DNA of 64,000 nt, from positions 3,132 through 67,131 of the forward strand of contig CABXXO010000002.1 of the NCBI GenBank assembly GCA_902516235.1. Direction: 5' to 3'. The DNA is from an uncultured Alphaproteobacteria bacterium. Its GTDB lineage: Bacteria > Pseudomonadota > Alphaproteobacteria > HIMB59. A program made the position numbers and the translations under genes. Under the pieces are notes generated by a model, which saw nothing but the letters and a program-made list of their open reading frames with translations, made no database searches and had not been told where the DNA came from. Positions within the stretch are counted from its first letter, which is position 1, and the number at the start of each line of letters is the position of its first letter. Positions 1 through 9,081 of this stretch are shown here, piece after piece.

Positions 1-88
1 AAACGATCACTCATATTTTAAAAATTATATGCAATCAATTTGCATAATAAAGTTCTACTTAAAAAATTTAATATTTTGAGAATTTAAA

Positions 89-144
89 TAAAACTAGCTC
101 CGGAGGAATAAGTAAGGATAGGAATAAGGTTGGAACTAGTTTTA
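89..144 (-). ncRNA. Candidate small RNA: 13-bp closing stem with a 30-nt C/U-rich loop (anti-SD-like)
   Basis: 89-101 TAAAACTAGCTCC pairs with 132-144 GGAACTAGTTTTA. The single imperfect pair is G-U on the minus strand but C-A on plus. The minus-strand loop AACCTTATTCCTATCCTTACTTATTCCTCC has CTTATTCCT twice. Intergenic. Confidence 0.45.
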
Positions 145-171
145 AGAATAAATATAAATACTAATATTCTG

Positions 172-188
172 TGCAAAATTAAATTGCA
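172..188. promoter_or_regulatory. TGCA-N9-TGCA dyad (NtrC/NtrX-type enhancer-binding-protein site candidate)
   Basis: TGCA AAATTAAAT TGCA. A second near-palindrome, GCTGTGCAAAATATGCATAGC, lies at about 203-223. Confidence 0.4.
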
Positions 189-240
189 GAAATGAAAAAG
201 TAGCTGTGCAAAATATGCATAGCTATAAACACTGATTTTA

Positions 241-396
241 TTAAAACTTAAATAAATTTTTAATTTTATTATAATAAACTAGTGAGCAATCAGCACCACA
301 AAAAAATACCTTTTTTGGGATATTATAAAATTTTGGATCAGCCCAATATAGTGGTTCTGTAATTTTCTTTTTGCATACTTCACAATTATTATTCAT
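241..396 (-). CDS. 51-aa CxxC...FCxxxC metal-binding microprotein (TRASH/zinc-finger-like)
   Basis: My translation: MNNNCEVCKKKITEPLYWADPKFYNIPKKVFFCGADCSLVYYNKIKNLFKF*. ATG lies 9 nt downstream of the phosphatase stop, same strand. Below the ORF-track cutoff. Confidence 0.7.
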   Translation of the reverse strand: MNNNCEVCKKKITEPLYWADPKFYNIPKKVFFCGADCSLVYYNKIKNLFKF

Positions 397-405
397 AAAA
401 TTATC

Positions 406-912
406 TTAAAAATTTAATTCTACAATTCTACTTTCTTCAATTGGTTCAGGGTTAAAATAAGAAACAGATCCATAAAGCCTATTCTTTAATCCCAATATTT
501 CATCATAGTACTTCATCATAATTTTATTAGGACTAGCATGAGGTGCTATTTCTTTTAGATTTTCAATGATTAATTCAATGTTCCCAGGTGCAAATTTTCC
601 TGCAACCCCTAAACTTGTTGCGGTAGAGCGACTTATACCCATATGGCAATGAATTAATATAGGTTTGGTCTTATCCCAGTCATCAGTAAAATCTAATAAT
701 TCTTGAGCATGATGTTTTTCAGGTAATATAAATCCATCTCTAGGCTCAGATATATCATCAATTAACATTTTAAGGTGTCTATTTTTATCCATACCTAGGG
801 GTGTCTCAGGTTCAAAGTTTTTATTAATGATGGTTAGCATTTTATCCGGATTGTATTTGTCAACACAATCTTGAATATCTGCTAATCCACATATAATTAT
901 TTTTTTTTGCAT
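406..912 (-). CDS. Predicted protein-tyrosine/dual-specificity phosphatase
   Basis: HCHMGISRSTA (CX5R) active-site motif, plus DDI and SPN motifs of the COG5350-type family. Confidence 0.8.
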   Translation of the reverse strand: MQKKIIICGLADIQDCVDKYNPDKMLTIINKNFEPETPLGMDKNRHLKMLIDDISEPRDGFILPEKHHAQELLDFTDDWDKTKPILIHCHMGISRSTATSLGVAGKFAPGNIELIIENLKEIAPHASPNKIMMKYYDEILGLKNRLYGSVSYFNPEPIEESRIVELNF

Positions 913-968
913 AAGAAGTTTTATTAATATATAGCTTTAATAAGTATTAAGAAACAATATTTATTTTC

Positions 969-1928
969 ATGATATCTCAATTAGAAAGTCTAAAAAAATT
1001 TTCATCAGTTGTTGCTGACACCGGAGATATCGACAGTATTCAAAAATTTAGTCCTGATGATTGTACTACAAATCCATCTTTAATATTTAAAGCAGTTCAA
1101 TCCAATAAATATAAAAAACTTTTTGATGAAGTATTAGCTAATTCAAAAAGTAGAAAATTTAATCAATTAAATGATCAAGTTGATTATATTGCAGATCAAC
1201 TTGCAATAGCTTTTGGAATAGAATTGACAAAAATAGTGCCAGGTTACGTTTCAACCGAGGTGGACTCTGATTTATCATTTAATACAGAGGCTACTGTTGA
1301 AAAAGCCAAACAAATTATCAATAGTTACGAACAATCTGGAGTTCCTAGAAATAGAATTTTAATAAAAATAGCTGGAACTTGGGAAGGTATTCAAGCTGTT
1401 AAAAAATTAGAAGCGGAGGGAATATCATGTAATTGCACATTAATATTTTCTTTAACCCAAGCTGTAGCGTGTGCAGAGGCGGGTGCTTTTTTAATATCAC
1501 CATTTGTTGGAAGAATTCTTGACTGGTTCAAAGCAAACAGCTCAAAAGAATATGATGCAACTAACGATCCTGGTGTCGAAAGTGTTGAGAAAATTTATAA
1601 TTATTTTAAGAAGTACAATTATAGTACGATTGTAATGGCTGCTTCTTTTAGAAACAAAGAGGAAATAATCAATTTAGTAGGATGTGATAAATTAACAATA
1701 AGCCCATCTCTGCTTGAAGAATTAAATAAATCAGAAGGGGATTTGGATCAAAAACTATCACAAAATCAATCTAGCCAAATAGATATTGATAGAATAAATG
1801 TAAACGAGAGTTCTTTTCGTTGGCATCTAAATGAGAATCAAATGGCTTCCTTTAAGCTTGCTGAAGGAATTAGATTATTCAACAAAGACCTTCTAAAACT
1901 CAAGGAAACTATTAGAGAACAATTATAA
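969..1928 (+). CDS. tal: Transaldolase
   Basis: VADTGD, TTNPSLI, LIKIAGTWEGI, ISPFVGRI motifs; 319-aa long-type enzyme. Confidence 0.97.
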   Translation: MISQLESLKKFSSVVADTGDIDSIQKFSPDDCTTNPSLIFKAVQSNKYKKLFDEVLANSKSRKFNQLNDQVDYIADQLAIAFGIELTKIVPGYVSTEVDSDLSFNTEATVEKAKQIINSYEQSGVPRNRILIKIAGTWEGIQAVKKLEAEGISCNCTLIFSLTQAVACAEAGAFLISPFVGRILDWFKANSSKEYDATNDPGVESVEKIYNYFKKYNYSTIVMAASFRNKEEIINLVGCDKLTISPSLLEELNKSEGDLDQKLSQNQSSQIDIDRINVNESSFRWHLNENQMASFKLAEGIRLFNKDLLKLKETIREQL

Positions 1929-1966
1929 TTATTGCCAAACTTCAAACAAAATTATAAATAATATCT

Positions 1967-2515
1967 ATGCAAAATAGAAATAATATCACAATTCTCAGTC
2001 AATATTTACCTAGCAATATTTCGAAATTAGGTTTTTTCTTATTAGGCATTATCCTTTTGTCTGTATCTAGTAAAATAAGTATTCCATTTTACCCAGTTCC
2101 TATGACTCTTCAAACCTTTGTGGTTTATTTTATTGCTGCCTCTATGGGCATTGTTGGGTTCTACTCAACTTTATCCTATGTTATTCTCGGGTTAATAGGA
2201 CTGCCTATTTTTGCTGCTGGTGGAGGATTTGGCTATATTATTTCCCCAACCTTTGGCTTTTTGTATGGCATGGTTTTAGCTTCTTTTGTAATCGCTTATT
2301 TTTCAAAAAATTTATTTAACAAAAATTTACTAAAGGTCACTTTTTCAATATTGATTGGGGCGGCTATAATTTTTGTTTGTGGTTTATCTCATCTTGCTGG
2401 TTTTATTGGATTTGAAAAATCAATTAAAGCTGGTTTATATCCTTTTATCTTCAGCGAACTTTTAAAAATAGCATTAGCTATCTCAATTTCTTATTTGTTA
2501 ATAAAAAAAAATTAA
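1967..2515 (+). CDS. bioY: Biotin transporter BioY
   Basis: PVPMTLQT, GLPIFA, PTFGFLYG motifs. Confidence 0.93.
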   Translation: MQNRNNITILSQYLPSNISKLGFFLLGIILLSVSSKISIPFYPVPMTLQTFVVYFIAASMGIVGFYSTLSYVILGLIGLPIFAAGGGFGYIISPTFGFLYGMVLASFVIAYFSKNLFNKNLLKVTFSILIGAAIIFVCGLSHLAGFIGFEKSIKAGLYPFIFSELLKIALAISISYLLIKKN

Positions 2516-2970
2516 CTTGGAATAAACTTTAAGGCAAAACCATTATTGCAGTATCTTAGTCCAGTTGGTTCTGGACCATCTTTGAAGACATGACCATGAT
2601 GACCGCCACATCTTGCGCAATGATATTCTTTTCTTGGTATTACAATTTTAAAATCTGTTTTAAAACCCAACGAATTTGGAATGTAATCAAAAAATGATGG
2701 CCAACCAGTTCCACTATCAAATTTCATATCAGAATTAAATAAAGGAAGATTACATCCAGCACACTGATATACACCGTTCCTTTTTTCGTTATTTAAGACA
2801 CTTGTACCAGGGCGCTCTGTTCCTGACTGCCTAAGTATATAATATTCCTCTTCTGTGAGTTTTGCTTTCCATTCTGTTTCTGTTAACACTAATTTTTCCA
2901 TAGATAATAAAGGTTTCAACCCAAATAAACACCCTCCTAAAGTAAAAGTTAAAAAAAATCTTCTATTCAA
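2512..2970 (-). CDS. msrB: Peptide-methionine (R)-S-oxide reductase with Tat-like signal peptide
   Basis: GTERP, KFDSGTGWPSF, HGHVFKDGP, LRYCNNG; two CxxC motifs; N-terminal NRRFFL. Confidence 0.96.
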   Translation of the reverse strand: MNRRFFLTFTLGGCLFGLKPLLSMEKLVLTETEWKAKLTEEEYYILRQSGTERPGTSVLNNEKRNGVYQCAGCNLPLFNSDMKFDSGTGWPSFFDYIPNSLGFKTDFKIVIPRKEYHCARCGGHHGHVFKDGPEPTGLRYCNNGFALKFIPS

Positions 2971-3015
2971 AATATCAGTTCTATTTTAAGAATAAAAAAT
3001 TAAAAATGAATATAA

Positions 3016-3099
3016 TTATTTCTTTTTTGCTCTTCGTTTGGCACGACGTTTTCGAGAACCGATTTTACGTCTGCCACGATGTTTTTTAGGATAACCCAT
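3016..3099 (-). CDS. 27-aa Arg/Lys-rich microprotein
   Basis: MGYPKKHRGRRKIGSRKRRAKRRAKKK*. Locally GC-richer, uses CGT codons, and has TATTAT 8 nt upstream of the ATG. Confidence 0.7.
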   Translation of the reverse strand: MGYPKKHRGRRKIGSRKRRAKRRAKKK

Positions 3100-3165
3100 G
3101 ACGGCGTATAATAGATAATTAACTTAAAAAATAAACATATTTTTTTTCTAACATTAATATAATTT

Positions 3166-4368
3166 ATGCGGATGAAATCGTTTTTCCTCATATTAGTCAG
3201 TGGATTAATACTATGTGTAGGGAATGGTTTTAGAATGTCTTTAGGTATTTACGTTCCTGATTTATTAGGTTCAACTTTTTTTAGTGCTTCATTAATCGGA
3301 CTAACATATGGAATTTTTAATTTACTGTGGGGCTCCATGTCACCTATAGCAGGGGCATTTGCTGAACAAAAAGGGTATGTAAAAACTCTCTGCGTAGGAT
3401 TTATCGGTGTCTCTTTATCATTTTATGTAGCATCATCCGCTGTTGATCCGATTCATTTCTTATTTAGCATTGGCGTTATAGGCGGACTCTCTGCCGGAGT
3501 AATTTCTGTACCAGTTATTATTGGAGGTGTGTCAAAGTTTTATGCAGATGATAAAACACAAAGTACTGTAACAGGGATATTAATGTCTATTGCTGCCTCT
3601 GGTATGTTCATATTTACACCGATAAATCAATTTTTAGTATACACATATCAATGGAGTTTATCATTTCAAATAACATCTATTTTTTTCTTATTTATGATAC
3701 CTTTATCCTTAATTTTTTTACTACCTAAACCTGAAAAGAAAAATAAAAAAGAATTTACCAAAAGAAAAATCTCAGATGTTCTTCAAGAGGCTTTCAAAGA
3801 TAAAAGTTATAAATATTTAATCTTAGGATTTTTTGTTTGCGGCTTACACGTAGCTTTAATCTCAAATTATCTTCCAGTTTTTACAAAATTAAAAGGACTT
3901 GAAACTACTATTGCCGCAACGGGATTAACATTAATTGGAATATTTAACATGATGGGAACTTTAATATCAGGAAAGATTTCTGGAATTATTAAAAAAAAAT
4001 ATGTCCTTTCTTTTATTTATTTTTCAAGGAGTATAGTAATATTCTTCCTATTAATTTTACCAACTAATAATTTTGTTGTTATTGGCTTTAGCTGTCTAAT
4101 TGGCTTACTCTGGCTCTCAACAGTTCCTCCAACTTCAGGTATTGTTGCAAATAGATTTGGAACACGATACCTATCAACTCTTTTTGGTATTGTAATGGTT
4201 TCTCATCAAGCAGGTGCTTTTTTTGGATCTTTTGTGGGTGGCTTAGTAATAGATGCTTATGGTTCTCTTGACTTAGCATGGGTAATGGCAATAGTTATCT
4301 CATTATTTTCTGCTTTTATTCACCTACCTATTGTAGAAAAAGAAAAATCAGAAGAAGTTTTTGCCTAA
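3166..4368 (+). CDS. MFS transporter
   Basis: About 12 hydrophobic segments; GFFVCG, WLSTVPPT, SHQAGAFFG motifs. Confidence 0.9.
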   Translation: MRMKSFFLILVSGLILCVGNGFRMSLGIYVPDLLGSTFFSASLIGLTYGIFNLLWGSMSPIAGAFAEQKGYVKTLCVGFIGVSLSFYVASSAVDPIHFLFSIGVIGGLSAGVISVPVIIGGVSKFYADDKTQSTVTGILMSIAASGMFIFTPINQFLVYTYQWSLSFQITSIFFLFMIPLSLIFLLPKPEKKNKKEFTKRKISDVLQEAFKDKSYKYLILGFFVCGLHVALISNYLPVFTKLKGLETTIAATGLTLIGIFNMMGTLISGKISGIIKKKYVLSFIYFSRSIVIFFLLILPTNNFVVIGFSCLIGLLWLSTVPPTSGIVANRFGTRYLSTLFGIVMVSHQAGAFFGSFVGGLVIDAYGSLDLAWVMAIVISLFSAFIHLPIVEKEKSEEVFA

Positions 4369-5230
4369 AATTAACCCATTCTTTATTTTAATAATAGGTG
4401 CCATTGCGATTGCTTTCTCCCCGATCTTTGTAAGATTTTCAGATGTAGATCCAATAATGACTGCTTTTTATAGAATTTTTATAAGCTTGCCTTTTTTTTT
4501 ATTTTTTTCATCTTTAAATATAATTGAGAAAGTTAAATTTCCTGAATTTAATAATAGCTACGTAATTTTTCTAGTTTCAGGTATTTTTTTTGCTCTAGAC
4601 TTGATTTGTTGGCACTGGTCAATAAAACTTACCACTGTCTCGAAAGCTACCTTTTTATCAAACCTCGCTCCAATAGTAGTTATTATCTTTTCCTTAATTT
4701 TTTTAAAAGAGAGATTTTCTAAATTTTTTTATTTAGCAGCATTACTGTCTATGGTGGGAATGTTAATGTTGCTTGGTGAGAGCTTTAAATTTAACAAATC
4801 ACAATTTATAGGAGATCTTTTAGGAGTTTTAACAGCAGTCTGGTACGGAAGCTACATAGTTACAATTAGTCAATTAAGAAAAAAATATAACTCAACTTCT
4901 ATTATGTTTCTTTCAGGAATAGTGACAGCAATAATTCTTTTAATTGTTTCAGTACTTTTTGAGCAAAGTTTGATACCACAATCCTTATTTACAATTACGA
5001 TAATATTTTTTTTAGGATTTATTTGTCAATTTATGGGACAATCATTTATTACGTATTCTTTGGCATATTTATCTGCATCTCTCTCATCTCTATGTCTTTT
5101 AATCCAACCCATCGCCGCAACAGTTCTAGCCTACTTCTTCTTTCAAGAAAAACTGACAACAATTCAGTTTTTTGGAAGTGCATTAATACTAATAGGAATT
5201 TATATCGCTCGAACAAAATATGAGAAATAA
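4361..5230 (+). CDS. DMT/EamA family transporter
   Basis: Duplicated EamA-type halves; AFYR, GDLLG, QPIAA motifs. Confidence 0.9.
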   Translation: MPKINPFFILIIGAIAIAFSPIFVRFSDVDPIMTAFYRIFISLPFFLFFSSLNIIEKVKFPEFNNSYVIFLVSGIFFALDLICWHWSIKLTTVSKATFLSNLAPIVVIIFSLIFLKERFSKFFYLAALLSMVGMLMLLGESFKFNKSQFIGDLLGVLTAVWYGSYIVTISQLRKKYNSTSIMFLSGIVTAIILLIVSVLFEQSLIPQSLFTITIIFFLGFICQFMGQSFITYSLAYLSASLSSLCLLIQPIAATVLAYFFFQEKLTTIQFFGSALILIGIYIARTKYEK

Positions 5231-5633
5231 CATTATAAATGTTGTAGGAGGTTTGATTATTAAAAATCAAAAACTATTAATTTGTCAGAGGACAAAGAAT
5301 AAAGATCATGGTTTAAAATGGGAATTTCCTGGAGGTAAAATTGAGGATAAAGAAACAAAGGAGATAGCACTAACTAGAGAAATACAAGAGGAGCTATCAA
5401 TAACAATACAAAATTATAGTTTTTTGACAGACTACTTTTACACATACAAAGACTTAGATAAGCACATTCATTTAAATTTCTATTTGATTTCAAAGTATAA
5501 AGGTGAAATTAAAAATAATTTGCATAATAATCTGAATTGGATTGAAAAAGAGGACTTACCTAGCTATGATTTTCTTGATGGTGATAAAAAAATTATAGAT
5601 CAAATTATCAATAATGAGCTTAAAATTTACTGA
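5220..5633 (+). CDS. MutT/NudG-like NUDIX (deoxy)nucleoside triphosphate pyrophosphohydrolase
   Basis: WEFPGGKIE...ALTREIQEEL Nudix box. Confidence 0.9.
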   Translation: MRNNIINVVGGLIIKNQKLLICQRTKNKDHGLKWEFPGGKIEDKETKEIALTREIQEELSITIQNYSFLTDYFYTYKDLDKHIHLNFYLISKYKGEIKNNLHNNLNWIEKEDLPSYDFLDGDKKIIDQIINNELKIY

Positions 5634-6648
5634 TTTAAAACAAGATGGATACGAAAGAGTATTACTAGCTGAAGAGCATGTAACTGGTTTTTATTCTATA
5701 ATAGCTATTCATAATACAAAAAGAGGTCCTGCTCTAGGGGGATGTCGTTTTTTTGGTTACCAAGGTGAAGATGATCAAAAAACAGATGTTTTGAAACTAT
5801 CAAAGGCTATGACCTATAAAAATTCTTTAGCTGACTTAGATTTTGGAGGTGGAAAAGCTACTATTAACTCTAGGGTTTCTAAAAATAAAATGTATGAACT
5901 TTATGGAAAAATGCTGGATCATCTTGATGGTTCTTACATTACTGCTGGAGATATAGGCATAGTGGATCAAGATTTAGTGGAACTAAAAAAACACTCTAAT
6001 TATGTCTGCAGCACTAAAGGTACTGACTCAGGTCAAAGCACAGCATACGGTGTTTTTAATGCAATATTGGGCTATAGTGAATTTAAGTACAACTCAAGTT
6101 CAATTGAAAATAAAAAAATTGTTCTTAAAGGTTTCGGAAAAGTTGGATCTAGACTAGCTCATTTTTGTAAAGAGGTAGGGGCTATAGTAGAGGTTGTTGA
6201 TTTTGAGTCTAATAGAAGTCTAATTGAGAACGCAGGATTTAAATTCCTTTCAAAATATCAGAATACATCCTTCGATAGCATAGATATATTCTCTCCTTGC
6301 GCAACAGGAGGAGATTTAAATACAGAATTTATTGAGTTTGCAAATTCTGTTAAAGTCGACTGTGTTATTGGTGCTGCAAATAACCAATTAGAAAACAATA
6401 CTATTGAGAAAAATTTATTTGATATGGGTATTACTTTTTGTCCTGATTATTGTGTAAATGCTGGAGGGGTAATTATTTTAGCCTTACGTTCAAGCATTAA
6501 AGAGGATATGGAATATTTAGATACTGAAGCAAAAAATAAACTTATTGGTATCAAAAACCAGCTAATTAAAATTTTAACTCTTTCAAAAGAAAAAAACCAA
6601 CTCACAACTGTTTCTTCGAATGAATTAGCTGAGGCAGGATTTCAATAG
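5614..6648 (+). CDS. Glu/Leu/Phe/Val dehydrogenase (leucine dehydrogenase-like)
   Basis: GPALGGCR, MTYKNS, GGGK, GFGKVG, GAANNQL, VNAGGVI motifs. Confidence 0.9.
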   Translation: MSLKFTDLKQDGYERVLLAEEHVTGFYSIIAIHNTKRGPALGGCRFFGYQGEDDQKTDVLKLSKAMTYKNSLADLDFGGGKATINSRVSKNKMYELYGKMLDHLDGSYITAGDIGIVDQDLVELKKHSNYVCSTKGTDSGQSTAYGVFNAILGYSEFKYNSSSIENKKIVLKGFGKVGSRLAHFCKEVGAIVEVVDFESNRSLIENAGFKFLSKYQNTSFDSIDIFSPCATGGDLNTEFIEFANSVKVDCVIGAANNQLENNTIEKNLFDMGITFCPDYCVNAGGVIILALRSSIKEDMEYLDTEAKNKLIGIKNQLIKILTLSKEKNQLTTVSSNELAEAGFQ

Positions 6649-7005
6649 TTGAATTACTTCCAAATATTTTCTCGTTCAGATCAAGTTGAGCGTATGACAT
6701 TTCTTGGATACTGGATACTTTCTTTAATTATTTGGTCTTTTATGATGAATATAAGTCTTATTATAGTAATTTTATTCAGTTTTCTTGGATATCATTTAGT
6801 TTGCAAACCCTTAGCCTACGTTCTTTATAAATCAAAAAGAATTGTTATCAAATATTTATTTGATGGATTTAATATTTTTGAAGCTTATTACGCTGGTTTT
6901 GAGCCAGGAAGAGTTGCAAGAATATTTTTAAAGTTAATATTCTTTTTTATTACTTTAGTTATAGCAAAAATATTTATGGAAGGTTATTTAGCCTTTATCA
7001 AATAA
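6649..7005 (+). CDS. Hypothetical membrane protein
   Basis: 118-aa hydrophobic ORF abutting the upstream stop codon. Confidence 0.6.
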   Translation: MNYFQIFSRSDQVERMTFLGYWILSLIIWSFMMNISLIIVILFSFLGYHLVCKPLAYVLYKSKRIVIKYLFDGFNIFEAYYAGFEPGRVARIFLKLIFFFITLVIAKIFMEGYLAFIK

Positions 7006-7612
7006 ACTCTTTATAAAAAACAACAATTCTAGAGACGAAAGTTATTAAACATAAAATTCCAAATATAATTGATATAAAAATATAAAAATTAGGCAATAAC
7101 AGACACAAAATCATAAAAATAGTTGTTTCAGTTCCTTCAATTAACCCAGATGAGTAATAAAAACTTTTAGGTAATTCTTGATTTAACTCTGAACTATGAG
7201 GAATTTTATCTAACTGCGTCTGTAGTGCTGCTTGCGCAAGAAATGTCGTGCCTGTGCCAATATATAAAAAAAGTAAAACCATGGATATAACTGTGAAATT
7301 ACTATTACTCAATCCAAAAGCTAAAACAAATCCCGAGTAGATAGTAAAATCAAAGACAATGTCTAAGTACCCTCCCAAAGGCGTAGGAATAGTAAGTCTA
7401 GCCATTGTTCCATCTAAACCGTCACAAAATCTATTTAGTATTAAGACTACAAAAGCAGAAAGATAAAATTGAAAAAAAATTAGAATGCACATAGACAGAC
7501 CAAATATGAAACCTAATATGGTCACATGATTTGGTTTTATTAATTTTATAAAAATTTTTGCAACAACAACTAGTGGTTTTTGAGTGAATTTTTGAATTTG
7601 GCGATCAAACAT
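6998..7612 (-). CDS. CDP-alcohol phosphatidyltransferase family protein (YnjF-like)
   Basis: NRFCDGLDGTMAR...GGYLDIVFD signature; KSFYY and GLIEGTET. Confidence 0.9.
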   Translation of the reverse strand: MFDRQIQKFTQKPLVVVAKIFIKLIKPNHVTILGFIFGLSMCILIFFQFYLSAFVVLILNRFCDGLDGTMARLTIPTPLGGYLDIVFDFTIYSGFVLAFGLSNSNFTVISMVLLFLYIGTGTTFLAQAALQTQLDKIPHSSELNQELPKSFYYSSGLIEGTETTIFMILCLLLPNFYIFISIIFGILCLITFVSRIVVFYKEFI

Positions 7613-7652
7613 CTGTGTTATTGTGAGTTTAGTATAATGTTACTATAATTTC

Positions 7653-8381
7653 ATGGTTCAAGATATTCCCCTAACTATTGCTTTTTTAGCTGGTATTTTA
7701 AGTTTTCTTTCCCCATGTGTCTTACCTATTGTTCCAGGATTTATATCATACATTGTTGGTAAATCTTTTGCTGATTTACAAAATTCATCAAATGTGAACA
7801 GTCTAAAGTTGCTCCCCTATGTCTTGTTATTTACTCTAGGTTTTTCCTCTGTTTTTATAATTATGGGAGCTTCGATCGATTTTTTAAGTGATATTTTTTT
7901 TGATTTTAAAAGGCAGTTAAGCTTCATATCAGGAATATTAATTATTACATTAGGACTCTACTTTATTGGGATAATTAAAATTCCTTTTCTAGATTTTGAA
8001 CGTAAATTGAAATTACGAGGTTTTCAAAATAACCATTTTTTTCCTTTTTTTATAGGAGTTGCCTTCGCTTTTGGATGGAGCCCATGTATAGGACCAATTT
8101 TAGGATCAGTATTGGCTGTTGCAATTAAAGACAGTGTAAATGGAGTTATATTATTATCCTTCTACTCAATGGGTTTGGCAGTACCTTTTATAATTGTTGG
8201 TCTTATGATGAGTAAATTATTGATCATGACTAGTTTTTTAAACAAATACATTCGCTACTTTCAATTTATTACTGGTATAATTTTACTTATTACAGGTGTA
8301 CTAATTTTTAATGGATCAATTCAATCTTTGGGATTTCAACTTAATTCAGTTTTACCATCATTAGAAATGCTTCTAATTTAG
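7653..8381 (+). CDS. ccdA: Cytochrome c biogenesis/thiol-disulfide membrane protein CcdA
   Basis: SFLSPCVLP and WSPCIGPIL conserved Cys motifs. Confidence 0.93.
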   Translation: MVQDIPLTIAFLAGILSFLSPCVLPIVPGFISYIVGKSFADLQNSSNVNSLKLLPYVLLFTLGFSSVFIIMGASIDFLSDIFFDFKRQLSFISGILIITLGLYFIGIIKIPFLDFERKLKLRGFQNNHFFPFFIGVAFAFGWSPCIGPILGSVLAVAIKDSVNGVILLSFYSMGLAVPFIIVGLMMSKLLIMTSFLNKYIRYFQFITGIILLITGVLIFNGSIQSLGFQLNSVLPSLEMLLI

Positions 8382-9076
8382 TGAGCTTATCAAAAAAAAT
8401 ATCAATTTTATTTTTATCAACTTTAATTATAATTTTATGGTCTATATATTTTTTAAATATAGATTTTTTTCAACTTCAAAACTTTTTTTCTAATTTAGAA
8501 ATAATTCAAAATTTCATTTTACAGAATTTTGTTATTTCAATATTTATATTCATTCTTACGTACAGTTTTTTAATTATGTGTAATTTCCCATTTGCTTCTT
8601 TGTTATCTATGATCAATGGATTTCTATTTGGTACATGGATAGGTGGCACTATGTCTATTGTTGGTGGTACAATTGGTGCTTTTGGTATTTTACTGATTGC
8701 TAAATTTTTTTTTTTAGATTTTATTAAAAAAAATTTTTTGAATAAATATTCATATATAGAGGAATACTTCAATAAAAATGATTTAGAGTTAATGATTTTA
8801 ATACGTATTATTCCTGGAATTCCTTTTTTTCTTCAAAATTTAATTTTAGCAGGTCTTGGAGCTCATAATAAAAAATTTCTTTATACCACTTTAATTGGAC
8901 TGGCTCCATGGTCTTTTATTTTTGGAAGCGTAGGACAGGGGTTAGAAGAAATATTTGTAAATAAAACTAAATTAAGCTTTTCTCTTGTAGCACAGCCAGA
9001 GTACTTAATACCTATAGGCTTTATAGCTTTTTTAATAATTATGATAATCCTTTTTAAAAAAAAGTTTAAAAAGTAA
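8381..9076 (+). CDS. TVP38/TMEM64 (DedA/VTT) family membrane protein
   Basis: GFLFG, RIIPGIPF, IGLAPW motifs. Confidence 0.85.
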   Translation: MSLSKKISILFLSTLIIILWSIYFLNIDFFQLQNFFSNLEIIQNFILQNFVISIFIFILTYSFLIMCNFPFASLLSMINGFLFGTWIGGTMSIVGGTIGAFGILLIAKFFFLDFIKKNFLNKYSYIEEYFNKNDLELMILIRIIPGIPFFLQNLILAGLGAHNKKFLYTTLIGLAPWSFIFGSVGQGLEEIFVNKTKLSFSLVAQPEYLIPIGFIAFLIIMIILFKKKFKK

Positions 9077-9081
9077 ATTTG

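Noticed and set aside
1-14. Possible minus-strand gene start (ATG AGT GAT CGT) at the window edge, with a TATGCAA-N5-TTGCATA dyad at 28-46
   Set aside because: Only four codons are visible, so no call can be supported.
3000-3191. ORF-track 63-aa minus ORF
   Set aside because: It overlaps the MFS start and has no recognisable features. The 27-aa basic ORF in another frame explains the composition better.
5220-9076. Resemblance to the E. coli ydjX/ynjF/nudG/gdhA neighbourhood
   Set aside because: Order and orientation differ, the ynjABCDE genes are absent, and the dehydrogenase is Leu-type; probably coincidental.
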